From an uncultured delta proteobacterium (GTDB lineage Bacteria; Desulfobacterota; Binatia; UBA9968), in contig CAVWLW010000038.1 in NCBI GenBank assembly GCA_963755715.1, forward strand, positions 53,169 to 117,168: a stretch of DNA of 64,000 bases. Direction: 5' to 3'. Position numbers and translations under genes: made by a program. The number at the start of each line of letters is the position of its first letter. Positions within the stretch are counted from its first letter, which is position 1. Below are positions 20,839-32,086 of the stretch, piece by piece. Under the pieces are notes generated by a model. The model made no database searches. It was not told where the DNA came from and saw only the letters and a program-made list of their open reading frames with translations.

Positions 20839-21252
20839 TCGCCGCATTGAGGCGCGTTAGAGTTGGTAGTTGTCGTACGCTGGAACGATCCCGCACACAT
20901 CAATTTTTTTGGATGAAATCATACGAGGAGGGTCGCGAAGGATTTCGCAGTTCTAAACGGGGTATTGCCGTTACGGCGTGATAAATCACCTTTCGCTTGG
21001 AGTGGCGCGAAGAATGCGCAAAGCTTGCTCTAAGTGCTTTGACGCCTCCTCTTTTTTGCCAAGTTCCAATAATGCACGACCGAGGCTTCCGGCCGTGTGA
21101 CAGCGGAAAGCGCAACGCTTGATGAACCCCGACGCCAATGAACAGGCACCAGGAACAATTGGCTAAATAAGTAAACCGATCCGCCAAGAGTTGTTAAACA
21201 GGAAAATCGCCGTGGAGAATGGGCAACCCGAGCAGCAAAGAGCAAACCCATA

Positions 21253-21462
21253 TTGCTGCGAGAGCTTTCCGAATTAAAGGGCAGTGAGATCATCTTGAAA
21301 TTCCATTGGGTGGACGGGCTGACAACACATCCGTTGACAAAACTGGAACGGGTAAATCTAGCGGATGATCCGATCCCATTTATCAAACTCGTGAATCCGC
21401 CTGCCGCTCTGACCTTGAGTGTCGAATCCTCGCTAGGGAGTCTTTTTGCTCGTCGTCCCTGA
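21253..21462 (+). pseudogene. Possible orphan C-terminal gene fragment
   Basis: Protein-like stretch ELKGSEIILKFHWVDGL...DDPIPFIKLVNPP with no convincing start or upstream reading frame. Confidence 0.35.
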
Positions 21463-21484
21463 ATCAGGCCCGAGAGATCCTGTT

Positions 21485-23574
21485 TTACCGCAGATTAGGC
21501 GCCGCTTGGCGACTGAGCTGCATAAGCCGGACGGCTTCTTGATAGTGCTGTCTGGCTTCGTCGTTCTTGCCCTGCAATACGAGCAGTTGAGCAAGACTTT
21601 GATGGGCGGGGATGAAATCAGGTTGAATGCGCAACGATTGGTAAAAATAATCCGCGGCTTCGGGGAAGCGATTCTGGGCGGCAAAGACGCTGCCTAAATA
21701 GTAACTGGCTTCGGCGGAATCGGGCGACAGGCGCACCGCTTGCTGGAGCGGGCCGATTGCCTCGTCGATTCGACCCAGCTTCGCCAGGGCAACACCGAGG
21801 TTGAGGTGCGCTCGACTGACCGCTGGGTTGAGCTTGATTGCCTGGCGAAAGTATCTAATGCCCGTCTCGATATCGCCGCTCTCGGCGAGCAATTGGCCAT
21901 AGTTGGCGTGGACCTCGGCATAGTTCGGCAACAATCGGAGCGCCTCTTCGAAGTGACGATGGGCAAGTTCCAAGTTGCCTATCCGGACATAGAGATTACC
22001 GAGGTTATAGTGCGCCACGCCATAGTCCGGCTGGACCGCAATCGCTTGCAGCGCGGTTTTGATCGCTTCATCGACCCTGCCTTGCTTCGCGTAGGCGTTG
22101 GCCAAATTGTTGTAGCCCGCCGCACCCGCACCCGAAACTTTTTGCAGTCGGCCAGTTCACGATCACGCCGGCGGCCAACAGGATCAAAAGAGCCGGAACG
22201 AGCCCGATCCAAACTCGATCCCGGAAAAGCCGCACCACCTCAACAACCCCGGCACCGGCGAAAAGCACCAGTAGGGGCACCAGCGGATAACGGTAACGGC
22301 CAAATACATAGAAGATTGCGACGCTTGCCGCCAGGGCTAGGATCATCGCGTAGAGCGGCCACAAATACCGCCACCGGTCACGGGTTAGCCATAATCCTAG
22401 TGCGGCCAATGGAGCCAGAATTCCAAAATGATTGATCCAGCCTAACAATTTGAGCAGCCAGGACCACTCACGATAAATATAGAAATCGTTAGAGTCTTCG
22501 ATTTCCCGCGCGTTCCAGACCAAAAGCCATTTCACGCCCAAAAGACCCAGCCATTCGCCCGGCCGCGAGCGAATATAATCAAGCGATTGACGAAACCAAT
22601 AATTGGAAACTTCGCCTGGCGTGAGATCACGCCCCTCTGCCCTTTCAGCCAAGCGTTTGGCGTCCGCCCCTTCGAGTTGCGTTTCACGAATAATGTTTCT
22701 AATCGAGCCATAGGTTCCGTCAGCACGCGGGTTATTGCCGATAAAGAAATTCGCGCCGAACTGGGACGTCGTGAGTTTGAATTCCCCGCCGGCGCTCAGG
22801 TTCCTGAAACCGACGGGAACGAGCACCAGCAGCGAACCCACAACAAACAGCCCAAGCCAGCGTAATCGATTCGCCAATGGTTGGGGTGGAAAATAAAACC
22901 AAATCGACAAAGCGATCACCGGTATTAGAATCAGAGCATTTTCGCGAGACAAACCGAGGAGACCAAGAACCGCCCCCGCACCCAACCATTTCGCCCAACT
23001 TTCTCTATGGTTAATGCCAAACACGAGAAACAACAAAGCAGAGAGGAGGAATAAATCGAGGGCGCTTTTCTCTATGAGCCCATCGAAAAATATTGCCGGC
23101 GCATTACATGCGAGCAGCAGGCCCGATGCAATTCCGGCATCGCGGGAAAATAGATTTCTTCCTACGACAAAAATCCAAGCACAGGAGATGGCTCCCAGTG
23201 TAATTTGAATAAGTCGTATCGACCAAAGATCATGTTTCAGAACGCTTTGGAGGATTCCCAAGAAGTAAGGATAAAGCGGCGCTTGATAGAAAACCTCTTT
23301 GCCCAGCCAGTCTCCGGCCGCAATCCGTTGCGCCCACTCGTCATAAGCGTGGCCGTCTCCCGCAAGATTTTCAAATAAAGGGATCGCCGCGATTTGCCAC
23401 AAGTAGATCAATCGCAAGAACAATGCGCCGCATAAGTATTAGCCAAAACCACTGGGTATCCGTCAGCCCCTTGATTTCGACATTCACCCCGGCGTCCTGT
23501 CGACGTCGCTGAGATCTTACTGATTTCCGTGAATCTGTGTGCGCCCTGCGCATTGACCCGTCTTCAATCGCCAT
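21485..23574 (-). CDS. GT-C (ArnT/PMT-like) membrane glycosyltransferase with C-terminal TPR domain, apparent frameshifts
   Basis: GDGHAYDEWA...FYQAPLYPYFLG, RENAL, NFFIGNN, RYRYPLVP, multiple TM segments (22068-23423), then TPR repeats (21485-22105). N-terminus MAIEDG at 23574 is in another frame. Confidence 0.8.
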
Positions 23575-23650
23575 GAAGTTGTTTTCCGGAAGCAGCCAGC
23601 TATGTACATTGTTTTTATTGTTGGATAATGATGATGACCAAGCTTGCTGC

Positions 23651-25536
23651 ATGAGTAACAAAAAACCCAAGACATTTCGACCGCATAAACTCGACACGCA
23701 ACCAGGCACGCACCGATTTCAGTGGTGCACTTCATGCGCCGGACCCGGCATTATTGTCGTAGTTTTCTTCGCAATGGCTTTCTGGAGCTGGCGGAAATGG
23801 CCCGATATCCAGATCGACTTCGGTCAGCAGTTATACATCCCCTGGCAACTCGCCAAGTGGAAAACTCCTTCACCAGGACATTGTAATTCTTCATGGTCCC
23901 CTCTCACAGTATTTCAACGCATTCTGGTTCAAGCTCTTCGGGCCGTCTCTCACCGTCATAATCTTTCTAAACCTGTTTATTCTGGCCGGTATGACCGGCA
24001 TGATTTACTTGACTATCCGTCGATTCGCCGATTCGTTCACCGCCACGGTGGCTTGTGTTGTATTGCTGACTTTATTTGGATTTTCGCAGTACGTAGGGGT
24101 CGGTAACTACAATTATGTCACTCCCTACACCCATGAAGCCACCCATGGTATGGCCTTGACCGTAGTGATGATTTTTGCGTTAATTCGCTATTTCACACGC
24201 GGTGGCCGCCTTCCATGCGCAGTTTCCGGTCTCTGCCTTGGACTAGTACTGCTCACCAAAGTAGAGGTTGCCATAGCCGCGACAATTGTTGCGTTGATCG
24301 GCTTTGCCAGCGCATACTTCATTGCTCCTCCAAGCGTCTCGCCAAAGAAGCGCGAACTTGCGATTTTCTGCGCTGCCGCGTTAGCGCCCGCTTTGGGCTT
24401 TTTCCTATATTTCCTCTCCTACCTAACCGCCGATCAAGCGCTACGTGCCGTTGGTCAGGGATTCTTGGTTCTTTCGAACGAGCTGACAAAAACAACTTTT
24501 TATATGCGGATATTGGGTCTCGACGATCCCGGTGAGAATTTCCGTCGGATGCTAAGCATGTTCTTAGGCGTAGTAATCTTTATTCTATTCGCCTCAGCCG
24601 TCGACTTAGCGATTAGCCGCGTGACACGCAGCCCCGGGCTAATTGCCATCGGCTTGGGCGCCGTGTCTGCGCTGACCCTTTACCTGAATCGCAACGTCAT
24701 GCCGTGGATCGATATTCTCCGAGCCCTTCCCCTGACGACAGCTCTCGCCCTAGCGGTTTTTATCACACTGCTTAAAAGACATTCACACCAGGTTGAAATG
24801 TGGACCACCATTTTACCGATGGTTTTGTGGACCACTTTCGCCCTCAGCCTGCTCGCCAAGATGGCCCTAAATGTTCACATCTATCACTACGGCTTTTATT
24901 TGCCGATGCCCGCCACCCTTGTACTGGTCATCTGTCTATTTTTCTGGATCCCCAAAGTTTTATCAGGGACGTCCGGGTCTGGCGTCGTTTTCCGGTCGCT
25001 CGCAATGGCTGTTTTAGTAGTAGCGATCTTCTATCATCTCGACTGGTCACAAAAGTTCTATCGATTGAAGGATTTCGCCGTTGGCCAAGGTGCCGATACA
25101 ATCATCACTTATGGACCCAAGGTACGAGTAGCGGGGTTAGTCACTGCTCTGACACTGGAGTGGATCGAAGAAAAGACTTCTCGAGGTGCGACATTTGTCG
25201 GGCTGCCAGAGGGGATCATGCTCAACTATCTATCGCGGAGAACGACAACAGTGCCTTACGTAAATTTCATGATACCCGAAATGATCGTCTTTGGAGAGCC
25301 GCGAATGCTTAACGACTTTAAATCCCGGCCCTCCCGAATACGTCATGTTGGTCGACAATAACTCTTCCGAGTTCGGTGTCGGTCCTTTCGGATCCGATCC
25401 ACGCAACGGCAAGCAAATTATGGACTGGGTGAATCAAAACTATGAGCCCGTTACTTTGATTGGCAGTGAACCGTTGCAGGGTGGCAATTTTGGCATCAAG
25501 ATTCTCAAACACAGTCAAACAGCCGTTGTCAAATAG
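23651..25536 (+). CDS. Polytopic membrane protein, GT-C-like, apparent frameshifts
   Basis: WRKWPDIQIDFGQQLYIPWQL, NYVTPYTHEATHG, many TM helices, periplasmic C-terminus LPEGIMLNYL...PPEYVMLV; assembled from three overlapping ORFs. Confidence 0.65.
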
Positions 25537-25796
25537 CAGGTTCGCTTTACAAATGAAAAAGTGGCTTCAAGCGAAAGGCTTTACATCGTCCCCAAAAGCT
25601 CTTGCATTTAGGCTAACCGTTAGGACTTACATCAGGATCGTGGCAAAAGATTTTCGTTGGAGATAATGCCCAGAAAACAAAAAAAGACCTCAGCGTAACC
25701 TTCGCGCAAAGTCGACAGCCGCAGCGGATTACAAGGCTCGAAGAGCATTGAGCACTACTTCAATTAGCTTTTGTTTTTCTCTGCATCGCCTGCGCA

Positions 25797-27236
25797 GTGT
25801 CAATGGTCTTGCATTTCAGTGTCGACAAGTTTCCCGATCCGGATGTGTTTTATCATTTTCGCCATGCGGAACTTTATGGCAGCATTACCGAGATTTTCAG
25901 AACAGACTTTCCTTGGGTTCATTATTCGATCATCAGCAAGCTGTCTTCCGACTTGTGGTACGGATTTCATGTCCTGATAATCCCCTTTACACTCGTGGGC
26001 GATCGAATCTTGGGAATGCAACTCGCAGGAGCTTTCGTTACGACTGTGTTTTTGGTTTCATTCTATGCAGCCTGCATTCGCCTCAAAATTAATCTCGCAC
26101 TCTTTTGGCCATTCTTCTTGTTATTCTCTTCCGCCTTCTTGCTGCACCGCCTCGGCATGCTCCGACCACAAGTGCTTTCCCTTGGCTTGAGTAGTTTGTT
26201 GTTTGCTCTTCTAGCGACTGGAAGCGTTTGGGGGGTGTTTTTGGTGACCTTGGCCTCAACATTTCTGCATTTGAACTTTTTTTTCGTGTCATTCTTGGTC
26301 GTCGGCGTTTTTACACTAATAAAAATCTTTACCGAAAAATTGCTTCCATGGCGTGAGTGCATCGCATTGCTCGGCGGGGTCTTGGCTGGCTGGATCTTGC
26401 GTCCCAACCCCATGGGGGCGGCAAGAATTCTCTATACTCAGCTATTTCAATTAACCATAGAAAAGATTGGCGGCAGCCCACTCGATCTTGCCGCAGAAAT
26501 GTCACCCTTGAAACTCAAGGCCAATAGCAACTATATGTTTTTTATTGTGCTTTTGCTTTTCAGTCTTTTTTGGATGGTGTGGAAATTCTCCAGAAAAGGC
26601 CCGGCTCTTTCAGGCCGCGACCGGACTGTCCTTATCGCCCTCGCCGCTTTATCAACCCTATTTTTCTTGTTATCGGTGTTTTTTGCTCGGCGCGCTTTTG
26701 ATTTTTGTTCCGGCTTCGGCGTTCTTTTCATCGGTCTGGTTTTCTCCCATTATTTTAATCGGAACTGGCCGGCCCGACTGTTTTTGATTTGTGCTTTTCT
26801 TGGGCTAGCGTTCTACGGCTTAAACCTTCGCAATCAGGTTTTATCCGTCGGCTGGGAGCCAAATCGTTTTGAAAGTACGGCTAAGTGGATTGCCGACAAC
26901 TCTAACCCTGGCGAGATCGTCTTTAACGCGCGCTGGGAGTATTTCCCTGAGTTATTCTTTTGGAATACTAAGAACGTTTACTCCAATGGTATGGATCCGA
27001 TTTTCCAATACGCATATGACCCGGATCTCTTCCGGCAGGGCCATGATTTGGTCACCGGGAAGCTGAGCTCATCAGGTTCCCCTGATTCCTACCAAGTTCT
27101 GAAAGAAAAGTTTAATGCACGGTATGTGTTTCTGGCGAAACCGTTCGACGATTCTCTATACTTCCGCCTCTGGGCTGACCCTAGATTCTCGCTCAGAAAA
27201 GAAAACCAGTATTCGGTAGTTTTTGAGGTTAACTAA
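25797..27236 (+). CDS. Polytopic membrane protein, GT-C-like (true start possibly near 25666 with frameshifts)
   Basis: DPDVFYHFRHA after the first TM, LRPQVLS, many TM helices, C-terminal soluble domain WIADNSNPGEIVFNARW, GMDP, FNARYV (AglB/STT3-like layout). Confidence 0.65.
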   Translation: MSMVLHFSVDKFPDPDVFYHFRHAELYGSITEIFRTDFPWVHYSIISKLSSDLWYGFHVLIIPFTLVGDRILGMQLAGAFVTTVFLVSFYAACIRLKINLALFWPFFLLFSSAFLLHRLGMLRPQVLSLGLSSLLFALLATGSVWGVFLVTLASTFLHLNFFFVSFLVVGVFTLIKIFTEKLLPWRECIALLGGVLAGWILRPNPMGAARILYTQLFQLTIEKIGGSPLDLAAEMSPLKLKANSNYMFFIVLLLFSLFWMVWKFSRKGPALSGRDRTVLIALAALSTLFFLLSVFFARRAFDFCSGFGVLFIGLVFSHYFNRNWPARLFLICAFLGLAFYGLNLRNQVLSVGWEPNRFESTAKWIADNSNPGEIVFNARWEYFPELFFWNTKNVYSNGMDPIFQYAYDPDLFRQGHDLVTGKLSSSGSPDSYQVLKEKFNARYVFLAKPFDDSLYFRLWADPRFSLRKENQYSVVFEVN

Positions 27237-27356
27237 ATTCATCACTCGTGCCAATTCGCTATGGCATTGTCGTCGAATCAAGAATTAGAAATTTATGGAC
27301 AAGGATGCTCCACGTTTAGAAATCGTTCTCTGCCTTCTCAAGATGTCAGGTAAGTT

Positions 27357-28079
27357 GTGAATCCCGGTAATCCCCAAGAAAACTCGGGGGCGAACCAGCC
27401 GGCCGATAGCCGAGTCTTCGTGGTGGTTAGAGCGTATAATGAAGCGCCGGTAATACGCGATGTCGTCGCCTCCCTGTGCAATCACTTTGATCACATAGTC
27501 GTCGTCGACGACGGTTCCACCGATTCGACCGCCGCCTGCCTCCATGGATTAAAAGTGACATTAATCAGTCATGCTGTGAATTTGGGCGGAGGCGCCGCCC
27601 TGCAAACGGGTATTACCTATGCCCTATCCAAAGGCGCAGATTGGATTCTCACCTTTGACGCTGACGGTCAACACGCGATTGACGATGCGTTGACGCTCCT
27701 TAAGTCATTACAGTCGGGTAACTGCGATGTTGTGTTTGGTTCGCGTTTTTTAGGAAGTGCAGTCAACATGCCGAAAACGCGCGCGTTACTTTTAATCGCC
27801 GCACGGTGGTTTTCGAATCTTACTTCTGGCATTCGACTGACCGATACGCACAATGGCCTGCGCGGGTTTAATCGCAAAGCGGCATCGTTATTGACGATAC
27901 AGCAAAACGACATGGCTTACGCGTCGGAAATCTTGCATCAGTTGAAGCAGGGAAATATGACGATCCGAGAAATTCCCGTAACCATCAAATACACCGAATA
28001 TTCACGGCGCAAGGGGCAAGCATCTTCCAATGCCATCACAATTTTAATCGATCTAATTACGGGGAGGTTGATCCGATGA
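27357..28079 (+). CDS. GT2 polyprenol-phosphate glycosyltransferase (DPM1-like)
   Basis: AYNEA, VVVDDGSTD, NLGGGAALQTG, DXD motif TFDADGQH, GSRF, TDTHNGLR. Confidence 0.92.
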   Translation: MNPGNPQENSGANQPADSRVFVVVRAYNEAPVIRDVVASLCNHFDHIVVVDDGSTDSTAACLHGLKVTLISHAVNLGGGAALQTGITYALSKGADWILTFDADGQHAIDDALTLLKSLQSGNCDVVFGSRFLGSAVNMPKTRALLLIAARWFSNLTSGIRLTDTHNGLRGFNRKAASLLTIQQNDMAYASEILHQLKQGNMTIREIPVTIKYTEYSRRKGQASSNAITILIDLITGRLIR

Positions 28080-28402
28080 ACTTTAGATACCTGCTGCTAA
28101 TTTCTCTGGGTACGTTTTTCATTTACGTGTTGCTACTTCCCAAGCATACCATGATAAGAAAGTTTTTTGTTCTATGCTTTGTGTCCGCTATGTTGATATT
28201 TGCTTTGAATCCCGATTGGTCGACGGAGATTGCCAACTACTTTGGCATTGTTCGAGGCGTCGATTTCCTTTTTTACCTGTCCAATCTCGCACTATTTTTC
28301 ATTGCTTTCGTGAATTATCTAAAGTTTAAGAAAATGGAAATCAGGTTCGCTAAGTTGGTCCGGCGGGTTGCCATGGATCATGCGGTAGAAATGGAAACCT
28401 GA
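28076..28402 (+). CDS. DUF2304 family membrane protein
   Basis: IANYFGIVRGVDFLFYL and LVRRVAM motifs; ATGA-coupled to the GT2, the usual context for this family. Confidence 0.8.
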   Translation: MNFRYLLLISLGTFFIYVLLLPKHTMIRKFFVLCFVSAMLIFALNPDWSTEIANYFGIVRGVDFLFYLSNLALFFIAFVNYLKFKKMEIRFAKLVRRVAMDHAVEMET

Positions 28403-28463
28403 GGCATCTTCAAATATTAAGATTTTTAACAGCCGGCAACTTAACGGTTCCTTCGAGCGCCGA

Positions 28464-30497
28464 TCATGATGGCGGTGCGGCGCTTTCAACGTTGCCGCCG
28501 TTACGTTCCGCTTTTAAGAGCCGCATGGCTTCGCCATAATGTTTTTGCGCCTCAGATGTTTTCCCCTGTGCGGCCAATAATCGAGCCAGCAGTACATGAG
28601 CATCGGCGAAATCCGCTTTCAAGTTAATGGCGGCAACAAGGTACTCTGTTGCTGATTTCACATTCCCCTGGCGCGCAAGAACTTCCGCCAGGCTTACTAG
28701 AATAACCGCCTCTCTCGGGTCCAAGCGATTAGCCTCGCGATAGTAGTTGGTAGCTTGCGCGAGATCGCCTTCTTGGGCAAAGACCCGACCTAAATTGAAA
28801 AATGCTCGAGCGAAGTTTGGATCGATTTTGGCGGCCTTTTGAAACTCGTCCAGCGCCGCTTCGATCTCGCCCTGCACCTCCAGCAGCACGCCCAAATTAT
28901 TGTGCGTCTCGGCATCATCGGGCTTGATTTGTAAGGCTTTGCGATAATGCGCCAGGGCCTCTACCGGCAGACCTTTGCGAACCAACATATCTGCCAGGCT
29001 ATGATGCGCATTGGCGTAGCTCGGATTGATTGTCACGGCACGACGATAAAATTCGATCGCTTGATCGACTTTTGCTGCGGTTTCGAACGTTTTGCCTAAG
29101 TTATAATAGGCTATGCTCGAATCTGGCGTTACGGCAATCGCATGTTGCCAAAGGGTCCGGGTATCGCGCCACACCAACGACTGTTTCCATGTCAACAAAC
29201 CGAGACTCAGCATAGTCACGACCACGAAAGAAAGCCTAGCCCCGGAAACCCACGGGAAATTTTTGGTGGAATCCGTTAGCGGCGAGACGTTAAACAGTGT
29301 TCCTCCGATCAACACTGCCCAGCTGAGGCATGCCAGGTAACTATATCGGTCGGCGACCAATTGCGGCCCGCTTTGAGCAATACCGGAGACTGGAGAGAGA
29401 ACAATGATGTAGTAGACCCAGCAAGCAAGCGCGGCGGGCCACCGCCGCCTCGCCCAATACAAACCGAGCGTAATCGCAAGCGCGCCGCAGGCGGCCAGAA
29501 CAAAAAGCCGCTTCCAGGCATCATCCAGCAGCGGCAATTCGTAAAGTGGCGATAGTTGTACGGGGAAAATACTCTTCCCGATACCAAAAAAAACGCCGTA
29601 GAAGGTCTGACCCAGGCGGATAGGCAGCTCGTACTGCGCCAGCGTCTTGAGGGCTCCGACGCTGCGTTGCGCACTCAAGGCGATCAAAGCAAATCCGCAA
29701 GCGAGGATAAGAAATGGCACCTTCTCGAACCACACGCCCCTCTGCTCCGGTTTAAACCACTCCGCGACCCTCCCTTTGAACCTTCGCAAGGGATAAATAT
29801 CGAGCAGGATCAAAATGGCCGGCAGCGTCATCGCTGTTCCCTTTGAAAATAGCGATAGAGCATAGGTCACACAGGCTAGGCTCAGCCATCGCCGCGAATG
29901 TGTCCGTTCGACGTTTGCTGCGCGCAGGTAAGTATAGATGGTAAGCAGGTAGAACAACCCCGACAGAACATCGCGCCGCTCCGTAACCCACGCAACCGAT
30001 TCGACTCGTAAAGGATGAATCCCAAACAATAGAGCGGAAAAAGCCGCGCTGAGGTTTAGCTGCCAGTTTTTTTCGGATACGGACAAAGCAATTGATAACA
30101 GCCAACGACTTATGAAGTAGAACAGCACGGTATTGGCTGCATGAATAAGCAGATTGGTCAGATGGTAACCAAATGGGTCCATGCCCCAGAGCACATAGTC
30201 GAACCCGAGAGTGAGCCAGCTCAACGGCTGGTAGTGCCCCCCATGAAACGTCGTAACCATCCAGCTGATCTGTTCCCAACCCAGACCTCTGTAGTGAGGA
30301 TTTTGCAGGAAATTCACCGCGTCGTCCCATTCGACGAAGCCGTTCTGAAGCACGGGGTAGAAAACAAACGATACGATCAGAACCAAGAGAGCCGGTATCG
30401 AGCAGCGGACATACCACGGCGGTTGTGAACCTTGTGATGGTATAACTGGCGGGTTGGATTTACCTCGGCCATCAACGATTCGTTTTTTGGTTTTCAT
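28464..30497 (-). CDS. TMTC-like (GT-C + TPR) protein O-mannosyltransferase homologue
   Basis: FVEWDD, YQPL, YHLTNLLIH, LFGIHPLRVESVAW...RRDVL, SK, ADRYSYL, then C-terminal TPR repeats. Confidence 0.85.
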   Translation of the reverse strand: MKTKKRIVDGRGKSNPPVIPSQGSQPPWYVRCSIPALLVLIVSFVFYPVLQNGFVEWDDAVNFLQNPHYRGLGWEQISWMVTTFHGGHYQPLSWLTLGFDYVLWGMDPFGYHLTNLLIHAANTVLFYFISRWLLSIALSVSEKNWQLNLSAAFSALLFGIHPLRVESVAWVTERRDVLSGLFYLLTIYTYLRAANVERTHSRRWLSLACVTYALSLFSKGTAMTLPAILILLDIYPLRRFKGRVAEWFKPEQRGVWFEKVPFLILACGFALIALSAQRSVGALKTLAQYELPIRLGQTFYGVFFGIGKSIFPVQLSPLYELPLLDDAWKRLFVLAACGALAITLGLYWARRRWPAALACWVYYIIVLSPVSGIAQSGPQLVADRYSYLACLSWAVLIGGTLFNVSPLTDSTKNFPWVSGARLSFVVVTMLSLGLLTWKQSLVWRDTRTLWQHAIAVTPDSSIAYYNLGKTFETAAKVDQAIEFYRRAVTINPSYANAHHSLADMLVRKGLPVEALAHYRKALQIKPDDAETHNNLGVLLEVQGEIEAALDEFQKAAKIDPNFARAFFNLGRVFAQEGDLAQATNYYREANRLDPREAVILVSLAEVLARQGNVKSATEYLVAAINLKADFADAHVLLARLLAAQGKTSEAQKHYGEAMRLLKAERNGGNVESAAPPS

Positions 30498-30643
30498 GGA
30501 GTCTAGGCAATGAACTCGAATTTGTCGCCTCTGTCATGCCTCTATTTTCGAGTGCATCACGGCAATCCAGTCTCCTGATAGTTTGACTTCCGACTGGTTC
30601 CCTGGTTACTGATTTGCTAGTCATAGCAATCTTGCCCAACGCA

Positions 30644-32086
30644 ATGGCCTACCACGATTTAAATAGCTTCGTTCGCGCCTTGGAGCAAGCCGGCGAACTT
30701 AAGCGCGTAGTCTATCCGGTCAAGGCAGAATTGGAAATCACCGAGATCGCGGATCGCGTGATGAAAAGCGGCGGGCCCGCGCTGCTCTTTGAAAATGTCA
30801 TTGGAAAACAGATTCCGGTCTTGATCAACGCATTCGGCTCACAAAAACGCATGGCGCTGGCGTTGGGAGTCCAGGATATCGAAGAAATCGCCGCCGAGAT
30901 CAGCAAGCTAATTCAAACCAAACCGCCAAAATCGTTCAAAGACAAACTGCAATTGGCGTCAGATTTGATAAAGCTTGCCGGCATCCCGCCCAAGATCGTC
31001 AAAGACGGCGCCTGCCAGGAAGTGATCCTTCGCGAACCGGATCTGAATATTCTTCCTGTGCTCACCTGCTGGCCAGGTGACGCAGGGCCGTTTATTACGC
31101 TGCCGATGGTCTTTTCCAAAGATCCCGTCAAAGGCACGAGAAACGTCGGGCTCTATCGCTTGCAAGTTTTCGATGCGCGCACCACCGGCATGCATTGGCA
31201 CCTCCACAAAGTCGGTGCTCGCCACTTTCAACAGCAAAAAGAAACACAGGGGAAGATGCCGCTGGCAGTTTGTCTCGGCGGCGATCCGGCGATGATCTAC
31301 GCCGCCACCGCGCCGCTGCCACCTCAAATCGATGAAGTTCTATTTACCGGTTTTTTGCGCAAGAAAGGCGTCGAACTGGTGAAGGGCATTACCGTCGATA
31401 TCGAGGTGCCGGCCAACTCCGACATCGTGATCGAAGGCTATGTCGACCCAGCGGAGCCGCTCCGGCGCGAAGGGCCGTTCGGCGATCATACCGGCTTCTA
31501 TTCTCTGGGGGACGACTATCCAGTTTTTCATGTGACCTGCATCACCCACAGAAGGAATCCCATTTATCCGACAACCATCGTTGGCCGGCCCCCGATGGAA
31601 GATGCCTATCTCGGTAAAGCCACGGAAAGACTCTTTCTGCCGCTGCTGCGCGTCACCCTTCCTGAGATCGTCGACATGAACCTGCCGGTGCATGGTGTAT
31701 TTCATAACCTGGCGATTATCTCGATCAAGAAGGAATATCCGGCCCACGCGAGAAAGGTCATGCATGCGCTCTGGGGTCTTGGGCAGATGATGTTCACCAA
31801 GACACTGATCGTCGTCGATCACGATGTCAACGTGCAGGACTTATCCGAAGTCACCTGGGTTGTCGGTAACCATATCGATCCCAAACGGGATACGATTTTC
31901 GTCGACGGCCCGGTCGATATCCTCGATCACGCGGCACCGGTAATGGGCTATGGCACCAAGATCGGCATCGACGCGACCCGAAAATGGCATAGCGAAGGCT
32001 TCGCGCGCCAATGGCCGGATGCGATCGTCATGGACGAACAAACCAAACAGTATGTGGACTCTGTCTGGGATAAACTTGGACTATGA
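30644..32086 (+). CDS. mqnL: Menaquinone (futalosine pathway) UbiD-family decarboxylase
   Basis: GGPALLFEN, CWPGDAGPFITLP, RNVGLYR, EGPFGDHTGFYS, LWGLGQMMFTK, GIDATRK; coupled to a UbiA-like gene. Confidence 0.85.
   Translation: MAYHDLNSFVRALEQAGELKRVVYPVKAELEITEIADRVMKSGGPALLFENVIGKQIPVLINAFGSQKRMALALGVQDIEEIAAEISKLIQTKPPKSFKDKLQLASDLIKLAGIPPKIVKDGACQEVILREPDLNILPVLTCWPGDAGPFITLPMVFSKDPVKGTRNVGLYRLQVFDARTTGMHWHLHKVGARHFQQQKETQGKMPLAVCLGGDPAMIYAATAPLPPQIDEVLFTGFLRKKGVELVKGITVDIEVPANSDIVIEGYVDPAEPLRREGPFGDHTGFYSLGDDYPVFHVTCITHRRNPIYPTTIVGRPPMEDAYLGKATERLFLPLLRVTLPEIVDMNLPVHGVFHNLAIISIKKEYPAHARKVMHALWGLGQMMFTKTLIVVDHDVNVQDLSEVTWVVGNHIDPKRDTIFVDGPVDILDHAAPVMGYGTKIGIDATRKWHSEGFARQWPDAIVMDEQTKQYVDSVWDKLGL

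Noticed and set aside
20839-30600. Prophage or integrative element explaining the AT-rich island
   Set aside because: I saw no integrase, transposase, tRNA target or flanking direct repeats.
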